A stretch of 63,124 nucleotides of DNA, counting the filler. It is 9 parts of 9 records of this genome, joined end to end, with 100 filler letters (N's around TTAATTAATTAA, not from the genome) between each part and the next. Parts side by side here need not be neighbours in the genome. Positions count along the whole stretch, not along the records: positions 40,848 to 50,255 come from SRR31147125_93439; positions 50,356 to 56,739 come from SRR31147125_93586; 7 more parts are not named here. The stretch is one strand, 5' to 3'. Position numbers and translations under genes: made by a program. Position 1 is the first letter of the stretch; each line of letters begins with the position of its first letter. Positions 42,408-52,926 of the stretch are shown piece after piece. The notes beneath the pieces were generated by a model, which saw only the letters and a program-made list of their open reading frames with translations, was not told the DNA's origin and did not search any database.

Positions 42408-44933
42408 TTAATCCAAAGCCGTAAAAAACTGTCCAATTGCGGTAAAGACATCATCGCTACTGCCTTTGACGACCGGGGCCGGTGGCAATGAGCGCAGGAA
42501 CATACGACCATACCCCTTTTTCGCCACCCGAGTATCAAGAATCAGCACCACGCCCCGGTCGGAGCGATGCCGGATCAAGCGGCCAAACCCCTGCTTGAAA
42601 CGGATGACCGCCTGGGGCACCGTATAGTCCATAAAGGCATCCCCACCCCGCTGCTCAATCGCCTGGGAGCGGCTCTCCAGGACCGGCTCCGTCGGCACCT
42701 TAAACGGCAGGCGGGCAATCACCACCTGTTCCAGTGAACGCCCTGGAACATCAACCCCTTCCCAGAACGAATCGGTTCCGAAAAGAATGCTGGTTTCCTC
42801 CTCAGCGAAACGTTTGAGCAGGTGGTGACGGTTCTCCTGGCCCTGGCGCAGACAGGTCAACTTTTGAGCTGACAGGACAGGAGACAACTCATCGTACACC
42901 TGTCTCAGGAGGGCGTACGAAGTAAACAGAACAAAGCTGCGCCCTTCACTGCACAGGACCGCTTTTTCGACCGCATCCCGCACCGCCTCGGAAAATCCCG
43001 GTTTCCCCGGTTCCGGAAGATCGGTCGGCACGGCGACAAGCGCCTGCTGCTGATAATCGAAGGGGGAATCGAGGGCAAGCTCAATCCGCCGCCTGGGCGG
43101 CACCCGGTCAAGCCCGACCCGCGAGTGGAAATAACCAAAGGCCCCGGCCACGGTCAGGGTTGCGCTGGTCATCACCAGAGTACGGAAGCGTTGATAGAGG
43201 GCCTGATTGAGACTGTCAGCCACTTCCAGGGGAGCCTGACACAATGCCGTTATCAGGCCCTTGCTCCGCCCGATCCGCCCCTCTTTGATTTCAACCCAGA
43301 CACAGCTGTTTGCCGCCACGGCCATGAAAGACCCGAGTTCAACCGACAGGCCCTCCAGGCGCCCGGCGATGCCACGCAGGTCAACCAGTGTTGATGCCAC
43401 CTTGTCAGCGACATTTTCGGGTAAGGCCTCGGCGCTGCGGAACAGATTTCCGATCCCGGCTACGAGATCATTCAGAGCCGTGCGCAGCTCTTCGATCTCG
43501 TCACACCCCTGCTGCCAGACAGGTGTCTCAATAAATGCGGGCAGGACCCGGTGTTTGATTTCAACCTTTGACGACACCGTTTTGTTCAGGTGCTGACAGA
43601 CATCCTCACCGAAACGTTGCAGGACATCCAGAGAGCGATCAAACAGGGCCTGTCGTTTCATGATGAGGCTTTCAATATCACCATGAATCGTTCGATAAAG
43701 ATCATCCAGCGTATCGGGAAGCTCCTGAGCCAGTTGATCAAGCAGACGCGGCAGCAGACCCTGGTTCGGTTTGCGCGGGTGGCGCAGGCGATTCAGGATC
43801 CGCGAAAAGGTGAAACGGGTGATATGCGACGAGAAATAACTGGTCGCAACGTCTTCCAGATGATGGGCCTCATCAAGGATCACCCGATCGAAAGGAGGCA
43901 GAACCGCCGTCGCTGAATAATTGTCGGTTTGCAGTCGCAGCGACAGGTCGGATAGAAGCAGGGCATGATTGACCACCAGGATATCGGCACGGGCGGCCTG
44001 CCTTCTGGCGCGGTGGAAAAAACAGCGGCTGTAATGGGAACAGCGCACCCGGGCACACTGATCCGCTTCGCAGCAGACCTCATCCCAGGCCTGATAACTG
44101 GGGATAAACGACAGGTCCTCTTTCGAACCGTCTTTCGTCGTCTCTGCCCAGGCGAGAATCTGTTGAATTTCATCGACCACCGACTGGTCAAACAGGCCCA
44201 ACTCACGTCCGGCGTTCTCAGCTCGGCGCAGACAAAAATAGTTGCTCCGCCCCTTGACCAGGACCGCGTAAAATTCCAGATCGGTCGAACGCTGCAAAAA
44301 CGGCAGATCTTTGCGGACCAGCTGCTCCTGTAGGTTGATCGTCCGCGTCGAAACCACCACCCGCTCATGATTCTGCCTGGCCCAGATCAGGGCTGGAACC
44401 AGATAGGCTAGACTCTTGCCGGTTCCGGTCGCCGCTTCAACCACTGCCAGCTGCCCCTTGTTGAAGGCCTCACAGACGGCAAAGGTCATGCGCATCTGCT
44501 CGGGCCGCTCTTCATAATCGGGCAGGTTCTCGGCAATGCGCCCGTTCGTTCCGAGCAATCCGGCGACCTGCTCCAGGTCGATCGCCTCCTCCGGCTTGTC
44601 AGCAAAAGCTTCCACCACGCGATACAGGTTATCCACAGAGTTATTCACAATGTAGAATCCAACACCTAACGAACCGAATTTAGAAGCGATTTCTATATCA
44701 GCAGAGGAGGGCTTCAGATCCCCGGACGGATGGTTGTGGATAACGATATCCCCATATCCACAGGTCTGCAGAATCGCCGGGACCGCCGATTCCGAACCGC
44801 GCGCCAGCACCTCGATCTGGACGACACGGCGCTCGGCGTCAGTCTGGGCCAGAACAAAAACTTCGTTCCCGTTCGCCTCGTCGATGACGTAACGCAACTG
44901 GTCAATACTGTCGGAAGAAAAATAATCAAGCAT
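42408..44933 (-). CDS. dinG: DinG-family helicase with an N-terminal JAB/RadC-like domain
   Basis: IHNHPSGDLKPSSAD (HxHPS...S..D), EAATGTGKS, Fe-S cysteines, DEAHH, SFWEGVDVPG and QGFGRLIR. Confidence 0.9.
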   Translation of the reverse strand: MLDYFSSDSIDQLRYVIDEANGNEVFVLAQTDAERRVVQIEVLARGSESAVPAILQTCGYGDIVIHNHPSGDLKPSSADIEIASKFGSLGVGFYIVNNSVDNLYRVVEAFADKPEEAIDLEQVAGLLGTNGRIAENLPDYEERPEQMRMTFAVCEAFNKGQLAVVEAATGTGKSLAYLVPALIWARQNHERVVVSTRTINLQEQLVRKDLPFLQRSTDLEFYAVLVKGRSNYFCLRRAENAGRELGLFDQSVVDEIQQILAWAETTKDGSKEDLSFIPSYQAWDEVCCEADQCARVRCSHYSRCFFHRARRQAARADILVVNHALLLSDLSLRLQTDNYSATAVLPPFDRVILDEAHHLEDVATSYFSSHITRFTFSRILNRLRHPRKPNQGLLPRLLDQLAQELPDTLDDLYRTIHGDIESLIMKRQALFDRSLDVLQRFGEDVCQHLNKTVSSKVEIKHRVLPAFIETPVWQQGCDEIEELRTALNDLVAGIGNLFRSAEALPENVADKVASTLVDLRGIAGRLEGLSVELGSFMAVAANSCVWVEIKEGRIGRSKGLITALCQAPLEVADSLNQALYQRFRTLVMTSATLTVAGAFGYFHSRVGLDRVPPRRRIELALDSPFDYQQQALVAVPTDLPEPGKPGFSEAVRDAVEKAVLCSEGRSFVLFTSYALLRQVYDELSPVLSAQKLTCLRQGQENRHHLLKRFAEEETSILFGTDSFWEGVDVPGRSLEQVVIARLPFKVPTEPVLESRSQAIEQRGGDAFMDYTVPQAVIRFKQGFGRLIRHRSDRGVVLILDTRVAKKGYGRMFLRSLPPAPVVKGSSDDVFTAIGQFFTALD

Positions 44934-45009
44934 GGGCGGAGATTATAGAGGAAGCGATAAAAAAATTGGGAAAATAACGCCGAATGACTTTCGTTGAAAC
45001 GGGGCAGGA

Positions 45010-45927
45010 TCAATAACGCTCAGTATCCGGCCAGATTCCTTTCCAGACGAACCAGTAGACGATCATGGATTCGACCGATTGACCTGCGCGGTTTTGAACG
45101 GCCAGCTGGTCACTTTGTGGGTCAAACGTCAGCCTGAGTCCTCCGGCAAAGCTGTCATCACTCAACACCCTTTGATCGCGAACCTGTTGCAGCGGATAAG
45201 CTTTTGTCTGGCCGTCTATCTCAATGCCGACAACCAGCTCTTTTTCCTTCTCTCCCGGCCCCAACTTGAAAAAGGACATGAAGCCACTCTGCTGTTCGTA
45301 GTAGTCGAGATAAGGATCGCGATCATAGTTCCGCATATACCCCGTATCGAGTGAAAGAACCTGGGTCTGGGGGTATTTCTTCCGCCATTTATCCCAGGAA
45401 GTCAATGTTGAAGGGAGGACCTCAAGTTCGGTTCCTGCCAGAGGCCCGGTCACCGCCTCACCTCGAATCTGGGACCAGAGCGACTCGGTTTTGCGATCGT
45501 ACATCAGGACATTGCTGCGGTAGAGCATTCCTGAAACACCAAACGACTGCTCTTCACCGACGAGACTGCGGGAGTACACGACCCCGGAATAGGCCAGCGG
45601 TCACCAGCTGACCAGCACCGGCAGATCCCTGAACCGATCATTGACCAACTCATGCCAGGAGAGGATCCGGGTTGGATAAGCCCGAGCGATGCCGTTGAGA
45701 AAAACTCCGAGAACTTGCTCGTCGTCGCGCATGAATGCGGCTTCTGAGGCGGTCACAAATGCCGGTTCGGCGAGGGCCGGGATCCCATCCTTCGGTGGCC
45801 CGCCCGACATGATCTCAGACACATCGATCGTGCTGCGACTGAAATCCCAGCCTGCCCAAACGCTGGAGGTCGTGCTGATCAAGAGAACGAAAAGCACAAA
45901 CCATATGCTTTGCCGATGACATCTCAT
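45010..45927 (-). CDS. DUF3179-family secreted protein with in-frame TGA at 45601-45603, probable selenoprotein
   Basis: ORFs 45601-45951 and 45010-45579 are in the same frame. SGGPPKDGIPAL, RAYP..IL.WHELVND, VSW-U-PLAYSG and FGVSGMLYRSNVLMYDRKTESLWSQ. Confidence 0.85.
45571..45585 (-). promoter_or_regulatory. Candidate bacterial SECIS apical hairpin
   Basis: GGGGU-CGUGU-ACUCC. The loop begins 20 nt after the UGA and has G at loop position 2. Confidence 0.65.
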
Positions 45928-45997
45928 AACAACAGAATAACCGATGTCCACTTCTCCATGCTATGCTGAGCGGGACTTTTTTATGAGGAGATCACTT

Positions 45998-46672
45998 ATG
46001 CAGCAACTCCTGACCATCTACCAACGACTCTACGATCACTTTGGTCCGCGGCACTGGTGGCCGGCCGACAGCCCGTTTGAAGTGGTTGTCGGGGCGATCC
46101 TGACCCAGAACACCAACTGGAAAAACGTCGAGAAGGCGATCATCAACCTGAGGCGGGCCGATACACTGAGGGCAGAGGCAATCCTCGCCTGCTCAACAGA
46201 AGAGCTTGAGACACTGATCCGCCCTTCCGGTTTTTTCCGTCAAAAGAGCGAACGGTTGAAACTGTTTTGCCGGCATCTGCAGGATAATCACCGTGGCGAC
46301 CTGACCGCTTGGCTGAAGCAGGACCTCGGCAAGGTCCGCGCTGAGTTACTGAGCCTGAAGGGGATCGGCCCGGAGACGGCAGACTCCATCCTTCTTTATG
46401 CCGGGCAGCGCCCCTCCTTTGTCATCGATGCCTATACAAACCGGATCTTCAGTCGTCTGGGCCTTTTGCCTGAAAAACCGAAATACGAAACGACCCGACA
46501 GATGTTCATGGCAGAGCTCCCGCCGGACGTGCAACTGTATAACGAATATCACGCTCTGATCGTCATCCACGCCAAGGAGTTCTGCCGAACGAAACCACTC
46601 TGCGTAACCTGCCCTCTGAAGCAGCGCTGTCGATATAACAAGAAGACAGCGAAACCCGTCGTTTCCGGTTGA
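45998..46672 (+). CDS. Endonuclease III-related HhH-GPD DNA glycosylase
   Basis: WWPADSPFEVVVGAILTQNT, LKGIGPETADSI, VIDAY and the C-terminal Fe-S motif CRTKPLCVTCPLKQRC. Confidence 0.9.
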   Translation: MQQLLTIYQRLYDHFGPRHWWPADSPFEVVVGAILTQNTNWKNVEKAIINLRRADTLRAEAILACSTEELETLIRPSGFFRQKSERLKLFCRHLQDNHRGDLTAWLKQDLGKVRAELLSLKGIGPETADSILLYAGQRPSFVIDAYTNRIFSRLGLLPEKPKYETTRQMFMAELPPDVQLYNEYHALIVIHAKEFCRTKPLCVTCPLKQRCRYNKKTAKPVVSG

Positions 46673-46742
46673 ACTCGGAGCCGGGCTGCGCTAGTCTGCG
46701 ATCTGAGTTGGTCAATCTTCAAAACAACTGGAATCAATATCC

Positions 46743-47516
46743 ATGGAACACACGCTCTTCCTGGTGAAAAAATTTCTCGGCAACCTGTTGATGCCAGTCC
46801 CGGTGATCATCCTTCTCTTCCTTTGGGCTTTTTTACTGATGCTGCGGCGCAAAACGCGCTGGGTCGGGATCATCGTTGTCCTGATGACAACCGTCACCCT
46901 GTTTGCCCTGAGCTACAGCCCGCTGTGCAACCGCTATATCGCACATCTTGAATCACAGATTCCAACCTACGAATATAATGAACAGAACCGGGTCAGCCAT
47001 ATCGCTGTTCTCGGCAGCTGGCATCAGTCGGACAAAAACCTGCCCTTGACCAGCCAGGTCGCACCGTCTGGAGTTATCCGCCTGACCGAAGGAATCCGGC
47101 TTTACCACCTCAATCCGGGCAGCAAGCTGATTTTCACCGGATTCAAAGGCCTGAAAGAGGATGATGTCTCCTACCCGATCAAGCTGCGGGAACTGGCCGT
47201 GGCGCTGGGGATCCCGGAAAGCGATATCATTGTTTTTGATGGCCCCAAGGATACCGTCGGTGAGGCACGTTTGATTGCGGAGCAATTCCCGCAGGCCAGG
47301 CTCGCCCTGGTGACTTCGGCTCCCCACATGCCACGTGCTCTTGGGCTTTTCCGTGGTGCCGGCCTGAATCCGATTCCCGCCCCGACAGAGCATCAGGGTT
47401 ACGCCTTCAAAAGCTGGTGGGTCTTTCCAAAAGCGTCAACTCTGTACAAGGTCGAGTACTGGACCCACGAAGGTCTGGGTGCGCTCTGGGCGCGCCTGAT
47501 GGGGCAAATTGAGTAA
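46743..47516 (+). CDS. elyC: ElyC/YdcF (DUF218) envelope biogenesis factor
   Basis: N-terminal TM helices, IAVLG, RLTEGIRLY, DTVGEA, LVTSAPHMPRA and HEGLGALW. Confidence 0.85.
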   Translation: MEHTLFLVKKFLGNLLMPVPVIILLFLWAFLLMLRRKTRWVGIIVVLMTTVTLFALSYSPLCNRYIAHLESQIPTYEYNEQNRVSHIAVLGSWHQSDKNLPLTSQVAPSGVIRLTEGIRLYHLNPGSKLIFTGFKGLKEDDVSYPIKLRELAVALGIPESDIIVFDGPKDTVGEARLIAEQFPQARLALVTSAPHMPRALGLFRGAGLNPIPAPTEHQGYAFKSWWVFPKASTLYKVEYWTHEGLGALWARLMGQIE

Positions 47517-47596
47517 GCAAAATCAACAACCCGCTTTTCATCTTTCCTCAGAACCCATTTAACAGCATTAAACGCGCGAAATACCGTCCTTTCCTC

Positions 47597-47625
47597 TTGA
47601 ACTAAAGCGTCGCTTTTGTTAGCTT
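47597..47625 (+). promoter_or_regulatory. Putative sigma70 promoter of ileS
   Basis: TTGAAC-17 nt-TAGCTT with a TG extended -10. Confidence 0.5.
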
Positions 47626-47650
47626 GCGAGTTTAGTTTTTCCGTAACGAT

Positions 47651-47778
47651 TCAGCACTCCATAAGATGGGTTCGCGATTCCCGTAACCAGGGCGTTTGTC
47701 GCCAAGGATGGCGACAACAAGTCCCACGGATGGGTTTATGCGTCCCTTGTTATGGGGATTGCGAACCCAGTATGCTGA
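47651..47778 (+). repeat. About 128-nt cruciform palindromic element with two GGA-loop hairpins in the ileS leader
   Basis: Long arms 47667-47694/47741-47769. Internal TTGTCGCCA-AGGA-TGGCGACAA and CCCA-CGGA-TGGG. Confidence 0.7.
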
Positions 47779-47839
47779 TCTATTACGTTTTTCCAAGCTT
47801 TCTGCACAATGATTATTCGCTCAACGGAGACGCACCGAT

Positions 47840-50255
47840 ATGGACTATAAAGAGACTTTGAATCTGCCGGAAACCGACTTTCCCATGCGCGCCAACTTGC
47901 CGAAGCGCGAGCCGGAGATTATGGAGCGCTGGCAGAGTATCGATCTGAATAATCGTCTGGAAGAAGCCAACAAAGGACAACAGAGCTTTATTCTCCACGA
48001 TGGCCCCCCCTACGCCAACGGCCACTTACATATGGGGCATGCGCTCAACAAGATCCTCAAAGACATCATCATCAAAAGCAAACGGATGCAGGGTTTCTTC
48101 ACCCCCTACGTTCCGGGCTGGGATTGCCACGGGCTGCCGATTGAGCTGAAGGTTGATAAAAAGCTCGGCAAAAAGAAGCGCGAGATGAGCAAAGCCGATG
48201 TGCGTCGTGAGTGCCGCGCCTACGCCGCAGAGTGGGTTCAGATTCAAAGTGAAGAGTTCCAACGCCTGGGAATCTTCGGCAACTGGAATGATCCCTACCT
48301 GACCATGACGCCACATTACGAAGCCCAGACCGCCCGCGAACTGGCCAAGCTGGCCGAGCGCGGCTCCCTGTTCAAAGGCAAGAAGCCGATCCACTGGTGC
48401 TCCTCCTGCGTCACCGCCCTGGCAGAGGCTGAAGTTGAATACGATGATCACAGCTCCCCTTCGATCTTCGTCAAGTTCGCCTATGTCGATGCGTTGCCGG
48501 AATCGCTGAGTCAACTGGCTGACAAGCCGCTGAATTTCGTCATCTGGACCACCACCCCCTGGACCATCCCGGCTAACCTGGGGATCTGTCTCAACCCGGA
48601 GCTGGCCTACGTCGCCGTTGATACCGGAAGCGAATACCTGGTTCTGGCCGAAGGGCTTCATGAGCAGGTAATGAAAACTCTGGAGATTGAAGACTTCAAG
48701 GTCGCCGCAACATTTGATGCGGCCCTGTTCGACAACAAGAACTGCAAACACCCCTTCTACGAGCGCAACTCCCTGCTGATGCTGGGCGATCATGTCACCC
48801 TCGAAGCAGGAACCGGCTGCGTTCACACGGCCCCAGGACATGGTCAAGACGATTACCTGGTCGGCCTTAAATACGGCCTTGAGATCTACAACCCGGTCGA
48901 TGACTACGGCCGCTACCGTCAGGATCTCGAACTGTTCGGCGGCATGAAGCTTAAAGACGCCAACCAGGCGGTCAACGACAAGCTCACCGAAGTGGGCGCC
49001 CTGCTCTCCCGCAGCGACATCAGCCACAGTTACCCGCATTGCTGGCGCTGTAAGAAGCCGGTCATCTTCCGCGCGACCGAGCAGTGGTTCATCAGCATGG
49101 AGAACAACGACCTGCGCCAAAAAGCCCTGAAAGAGATCGATCAGAAGGTCGAATGGATCCCGGCCTGGGGTCGCGACCGCATCTACAACATGGTTGAAGG
49201 GCGTCCCGACTGGTGCATCAGCCGTCAGCGCAGTTGGGGCGTGCCGATCATTGTCGCCTACTGTGAAAAGTGCGGTGAGTCGCTTGAAGATGGCAAGACC
49301 ATGCACCATATCGCTGACCAGTTCGAAGAAACCGGGAGCGATATCTGGTTTGAGAAAGACGCCTCTGAACTGCTGCCGGAAGGGACAACCTGCCCCTCCT
49401 GCGGCCACGACAAGTTCACCAAGGAATCGGACATCCTCGACGTCTGGTTCGACTCCGGTGTCTCTCACGCGGCGGTCTGCGAACATCGTGATGAGCTGGA
49501 GAGCCCGACCGACATGTACCTGGAAGGCTCCGACCAGCACCGCGGCTGGTTCCATTCCAGCTTGCTTGAGTCGGTCGGAACCCGTGACCGGGCGCCCTAC
49601 AAAGCGGTTCTGACCCACGGCTTCGTACTCGACAAGGATGGCCGCCCAATGTCGAAATCGATGGGCAATGTCATCGCTCCAGAAGAAATCATCAAGAAAT
49701 ACGGTGCTGAAATTCTGCGCCTCTGGGTGGCGGCAACCGATTACCGCGACGATATCCGCCTCGGCCAGGAAACCCTGCAGCGGCTATCCGATGCCTATCG
49801 CCGAATCCGCAACACGGCCCGCTATCTGCTCGGCAACCTCAACAACTTTGACCCAGCCACCGATATGGTTGCCAACGATGAGCTGCTCGAGCTCGACCGC
49901 TGGGCCCTGTCGCGCCTGGCCCGACTGATCGACAAAGTCTCGACGGCCTACAACCGGTATGAATTTCATACCATCTATCATGCCATCCACAACTTCTGTG
50001 CCATTGATTTAAGTGCGTTTTACCTCGATATTCTCAAGGATCGCCTTTACATCAGCCCGAAATCAAGCGTCGACTACCGCAGCGCCCGGACGACCATGTA
50101 CCGGATCGTTGATGTCCTGACCCGCCTGCTGGCTCCGGTTCTGAGCTTTACCGCAGACGAAATCTGGCAGCGGATTCCGGGAGAGCGTGAAGCAAGTGTC
50201 CACCTGGCCGCCTTCCCGGAGGATATCTCCGCCTACCAGGACAACGAGTTGGAAG
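47840..50255 (+). CDS. ileS: Isoleucine--tRNA ligase, 3'-truncated
   Basis: LHDGPPYANGHLHMGH, PGWDCHGLPIE, DWCISRQRSWG, EGSDQHRGWF and PMSKS. Confidence 0.97.
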
Positions 50256-50355
50256 NNNNNNNNNNNNNNNNNNNNNNNNNNNNNNNNNNNNNNNNNNNNT
50301 TAATTAATTAANNNNNNNNNNNNNNNNNNNNNNNNNNNNNNNNNNNNNNNNNNNN
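50256..50355. other. Artificial contig linker
   Basis: N44-TTAATTAATTAA-N44. Confidence 0.99.
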
Positions 50356-51203
50356 GTGTCCGCACTGCCCACGCCGCACGGATTGGCGTGCTTAGACCCC
50401 ACAACGGTGATCTCGTCGAACTCGCGCAGGCAATCGAGCGCACCGTTCGTGTCGTTGATATTGTTGAACGACAGCGCTTTGCCCCACAGCTGTTCCGCTG
50501 CGGCGAGTGTCCCGTCTGTACCGATCGGTTCGCAATAGAACGCCGCGCTCTGATGCGGGTTCTCGCCGTATCGCATATCCTGACGTTTCTCGTACGTCAG
50601 CGTCAGCTTTTCAGGATATCCTCCGCCGTTCTGTTTTCTCAGATAGCCGGATATCAGCGCATCATACGCCGCTGTGTGTTCAAACACCTTGACGCACAGA
50701 TCAAACTTCGTCTCTTTTGTAATACCGTCGCCCTTTAGCTCGTCAAGCACACGCGAATAGTCAGCAGGATCAACGATTGACGCCACGTCCTGCCAGTTTT
50801 TTGCGGCCGCGCGCAGCATTGTCGGCCCGCCGATGTCGATGTTCTCTATCGCGTCTTCCAGCGTCACATCGCTTTTTGATATCGTCTGCTTAAAAGGATA
50901 TAGATTGACCGCGACGATATCGATGACGTCGACACCCAAAGATTCGATCTGCTGCATGTGCGCATCGCTGCCGCGCATCGCAAGTATTCCCGCATGGATC
51001 TTTGGATGCAGCGTCTTCACACGCCCGTCAAGGCACTCAGGAAATCCGGTAATGTCCGACACATTTGTGACCGGTATGTTCGCTTGCTCCAGCGCACGCT
51101 GTGTGCCGCCTGTCGACAGAATCTCGAACCCCGCCGCCACAAGCCCCGCCGCAAATTCCGTGATGCCTGTTTTGTCAAAAACACTCAAAAAAGCTCTGCT
51201 CAT
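50356..51203 (-). CDS. purH: AICAR transformylase/IMP cyclohydrolase, 3'-truncated
   Basis: [31 protein letters not shown] and KHANPCG. Confidence 0.97.
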
Positions 51204-51297
51204 ATCTTAAACCTCCAAAAATTAGTCATCTCAATCCGCCGCACAAGACAAAAACGCTGTCGGTTTGCTACCATTCAGCGTTTAATATAGCCCCTCG

Positions 51298-51918
51298 CTA
51301 CGGTGTTATATTCACGCGCCTACCGACGAGTTTTAGCCGCCCTTCACACAGCAACGCAATCGATCTCACAAGTATATCGTGCTCAACGTCAAGCACGCGT
51401 GCCGCCAGCGTTTCCGGCGTATCTTCATCCATAACATCGACGCACTTTTGCATGATGATTGGGCCGGTGTCCGTGCCCTCGTCCACAAAATGCACCGTTG
51501 CGCCGCTTACCTTTGCGCCGTATTCGATCACGGCTTTATGTACGCGGCTACCGTAATATCCTTTGCCGCAAAACGATGGAATCAACGCAGGATGCACGTT
51601 GACGATCTTGTACCGCGCAACAACATCTGCGCCGAGTATCGACATATACCCCGCCAGCACAATCGCCTGTCCGCCAAAGCTTTCTACCGCGTCTATTACC
51701 GCGGCATCGCGTGACTTTTGATTATCAAACTGAGCCGACGGCACAACAACACACGGCACGCCCGCTTTTTTTGCACGTTCCAGCGCATACACGCCCGGTT
51801 TGCTTGCGATCACGCCCACCACTTTAGCGGGTATCGTGGCCGCTTCGCACGCATCGAGCACCGACTGAAGATTCGTACCTCCGCCCGAGACCATGACGAC
51901 AAGCCGTTCTATCCGCAC
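51298..51918 (-). CDS. purN: Phosphoribosylglycinamide formyltransferase
   Basis: VSGGGTNLQ, NVHPALIP and GATVHFVDEGTDTGPII. Confidence 0.96.
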   Translation of the reverse strand: MRIERLVVMVSGGGTNLQSVLDACEAATIPAKVVGVIASKPGVYALERAKKAGVPCVVVPSAQFDNQKSRDAAVIDAVESFGGQAIVLAGYMSILGADVVARYKIVNVHPALIPSFCGKGYYGSRVHKAVIEYGAKVSGATVHFVDEGTDTGPIIMQKCVDVMDEDTPETLAARVLDVEHDILVRSIALLCEGRLKLVGRRVNITP

Positions 51919-52917
51919 AGCACAACGCCCTCGCCTTCCACAACTTTGCCTATCACGAACGACTCTTCTCCAAGATCCCTTGCGGCAAACACCACGTCAT
52001 TCGCAATGTCTGCGCTGACGGCCAGAACCATGCCGATACCCATGTTGAATGTGTTATACGCATCCTTAGGCTTCAGCTTCGCCTCTTGGGAGATAAGATC
52101 GAATATCGGCGGAACATCCCAGCTCCCGAGCTCAATCTCTGCACCGAGACCGGCCGGCAGCATTCGCGGTATATTTTCGATGAAGCCCCCGCCCGTGATA
52201 TGTGCCGCGCCTTTGATATCGAACTTGCTCATCAACTCGAGCACAGGCTTTACATATATCTTCGTGGGCGTCAATAGCTCGTCGCCCAGCGTTTTACCAA
52301 GCGTTTCCACCTCATGAAGCAACACTTTCTTATCCATTCTGAAAACGGCGCGCGCCAATGAAAATCCATTGCTGTGTATGCCGGACGACTTTAGCCCAAC
52401 AAGCACATCTCCTGCTTTTATTCCGCTGCCGTTGACAATCTTATCTTTATCGACACTGCCGACACAAAATCCGGCCATGTCATATTCGCCTTTTTGATAG
52501 AACCCCGGCATCTCTGCCGTCTCTCCGCCGATAAGCGCGCAACCTGCCTGCCTGCACCCTTCTGCCGCCCCCCACGATCTGCTCTGCCACCGTTGGATCA
52601 AGCTTGCCCACAGCGATATAGTCGAGAAAAAACATTGGTTTGGCACCATGACACACCACGTCGTTTGCACACATCGCAACACAGTCTATACCGACCGTAT
52701 CATGCTTATCCATCACGAAAGCCGCTTTCAGCTTCGTACCCACTCCATCTGTTCCAGAAACAAGTACGCTGTCTCCGTTATCGTACATGCCAGCAAAAGA
52801 CCCAAGCCCCTGCAGCACGTTATCATCAAAAGTCGACTCTGCATGCGCCTTCATCAGGCTGACAGCCTTATAGCCCGCCTCGACATCCACGCCTGCGTCT
52901 TTGTATGTATACCCCAT
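51909..52917 (-). CDS. purM: AIR synthase, frameshift in the run near 52570
   Basis: [15 protein letters not shown] and FFLDY in ORF 52480-52917. [21 protein letters not shown] and TFNMGIG in ORF 51909-52682. Confidence 0.95.
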
Positions 52918-52926
52918 ACGTTCTCC

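Noticed and set aside
47630-47840. T-box riboswitch upstream of ileS
   Set aside because: No GGTGGNACCGCG T-box sequence or stem-I motifs. The structure is a palindromic repeat instead.
48026-49618. 530-aa antisense ORF over ileS, and other long shadow ORFs
   Set aside because: Expected from codon bias opposite a GC-rich gene. No motifs or RBS.
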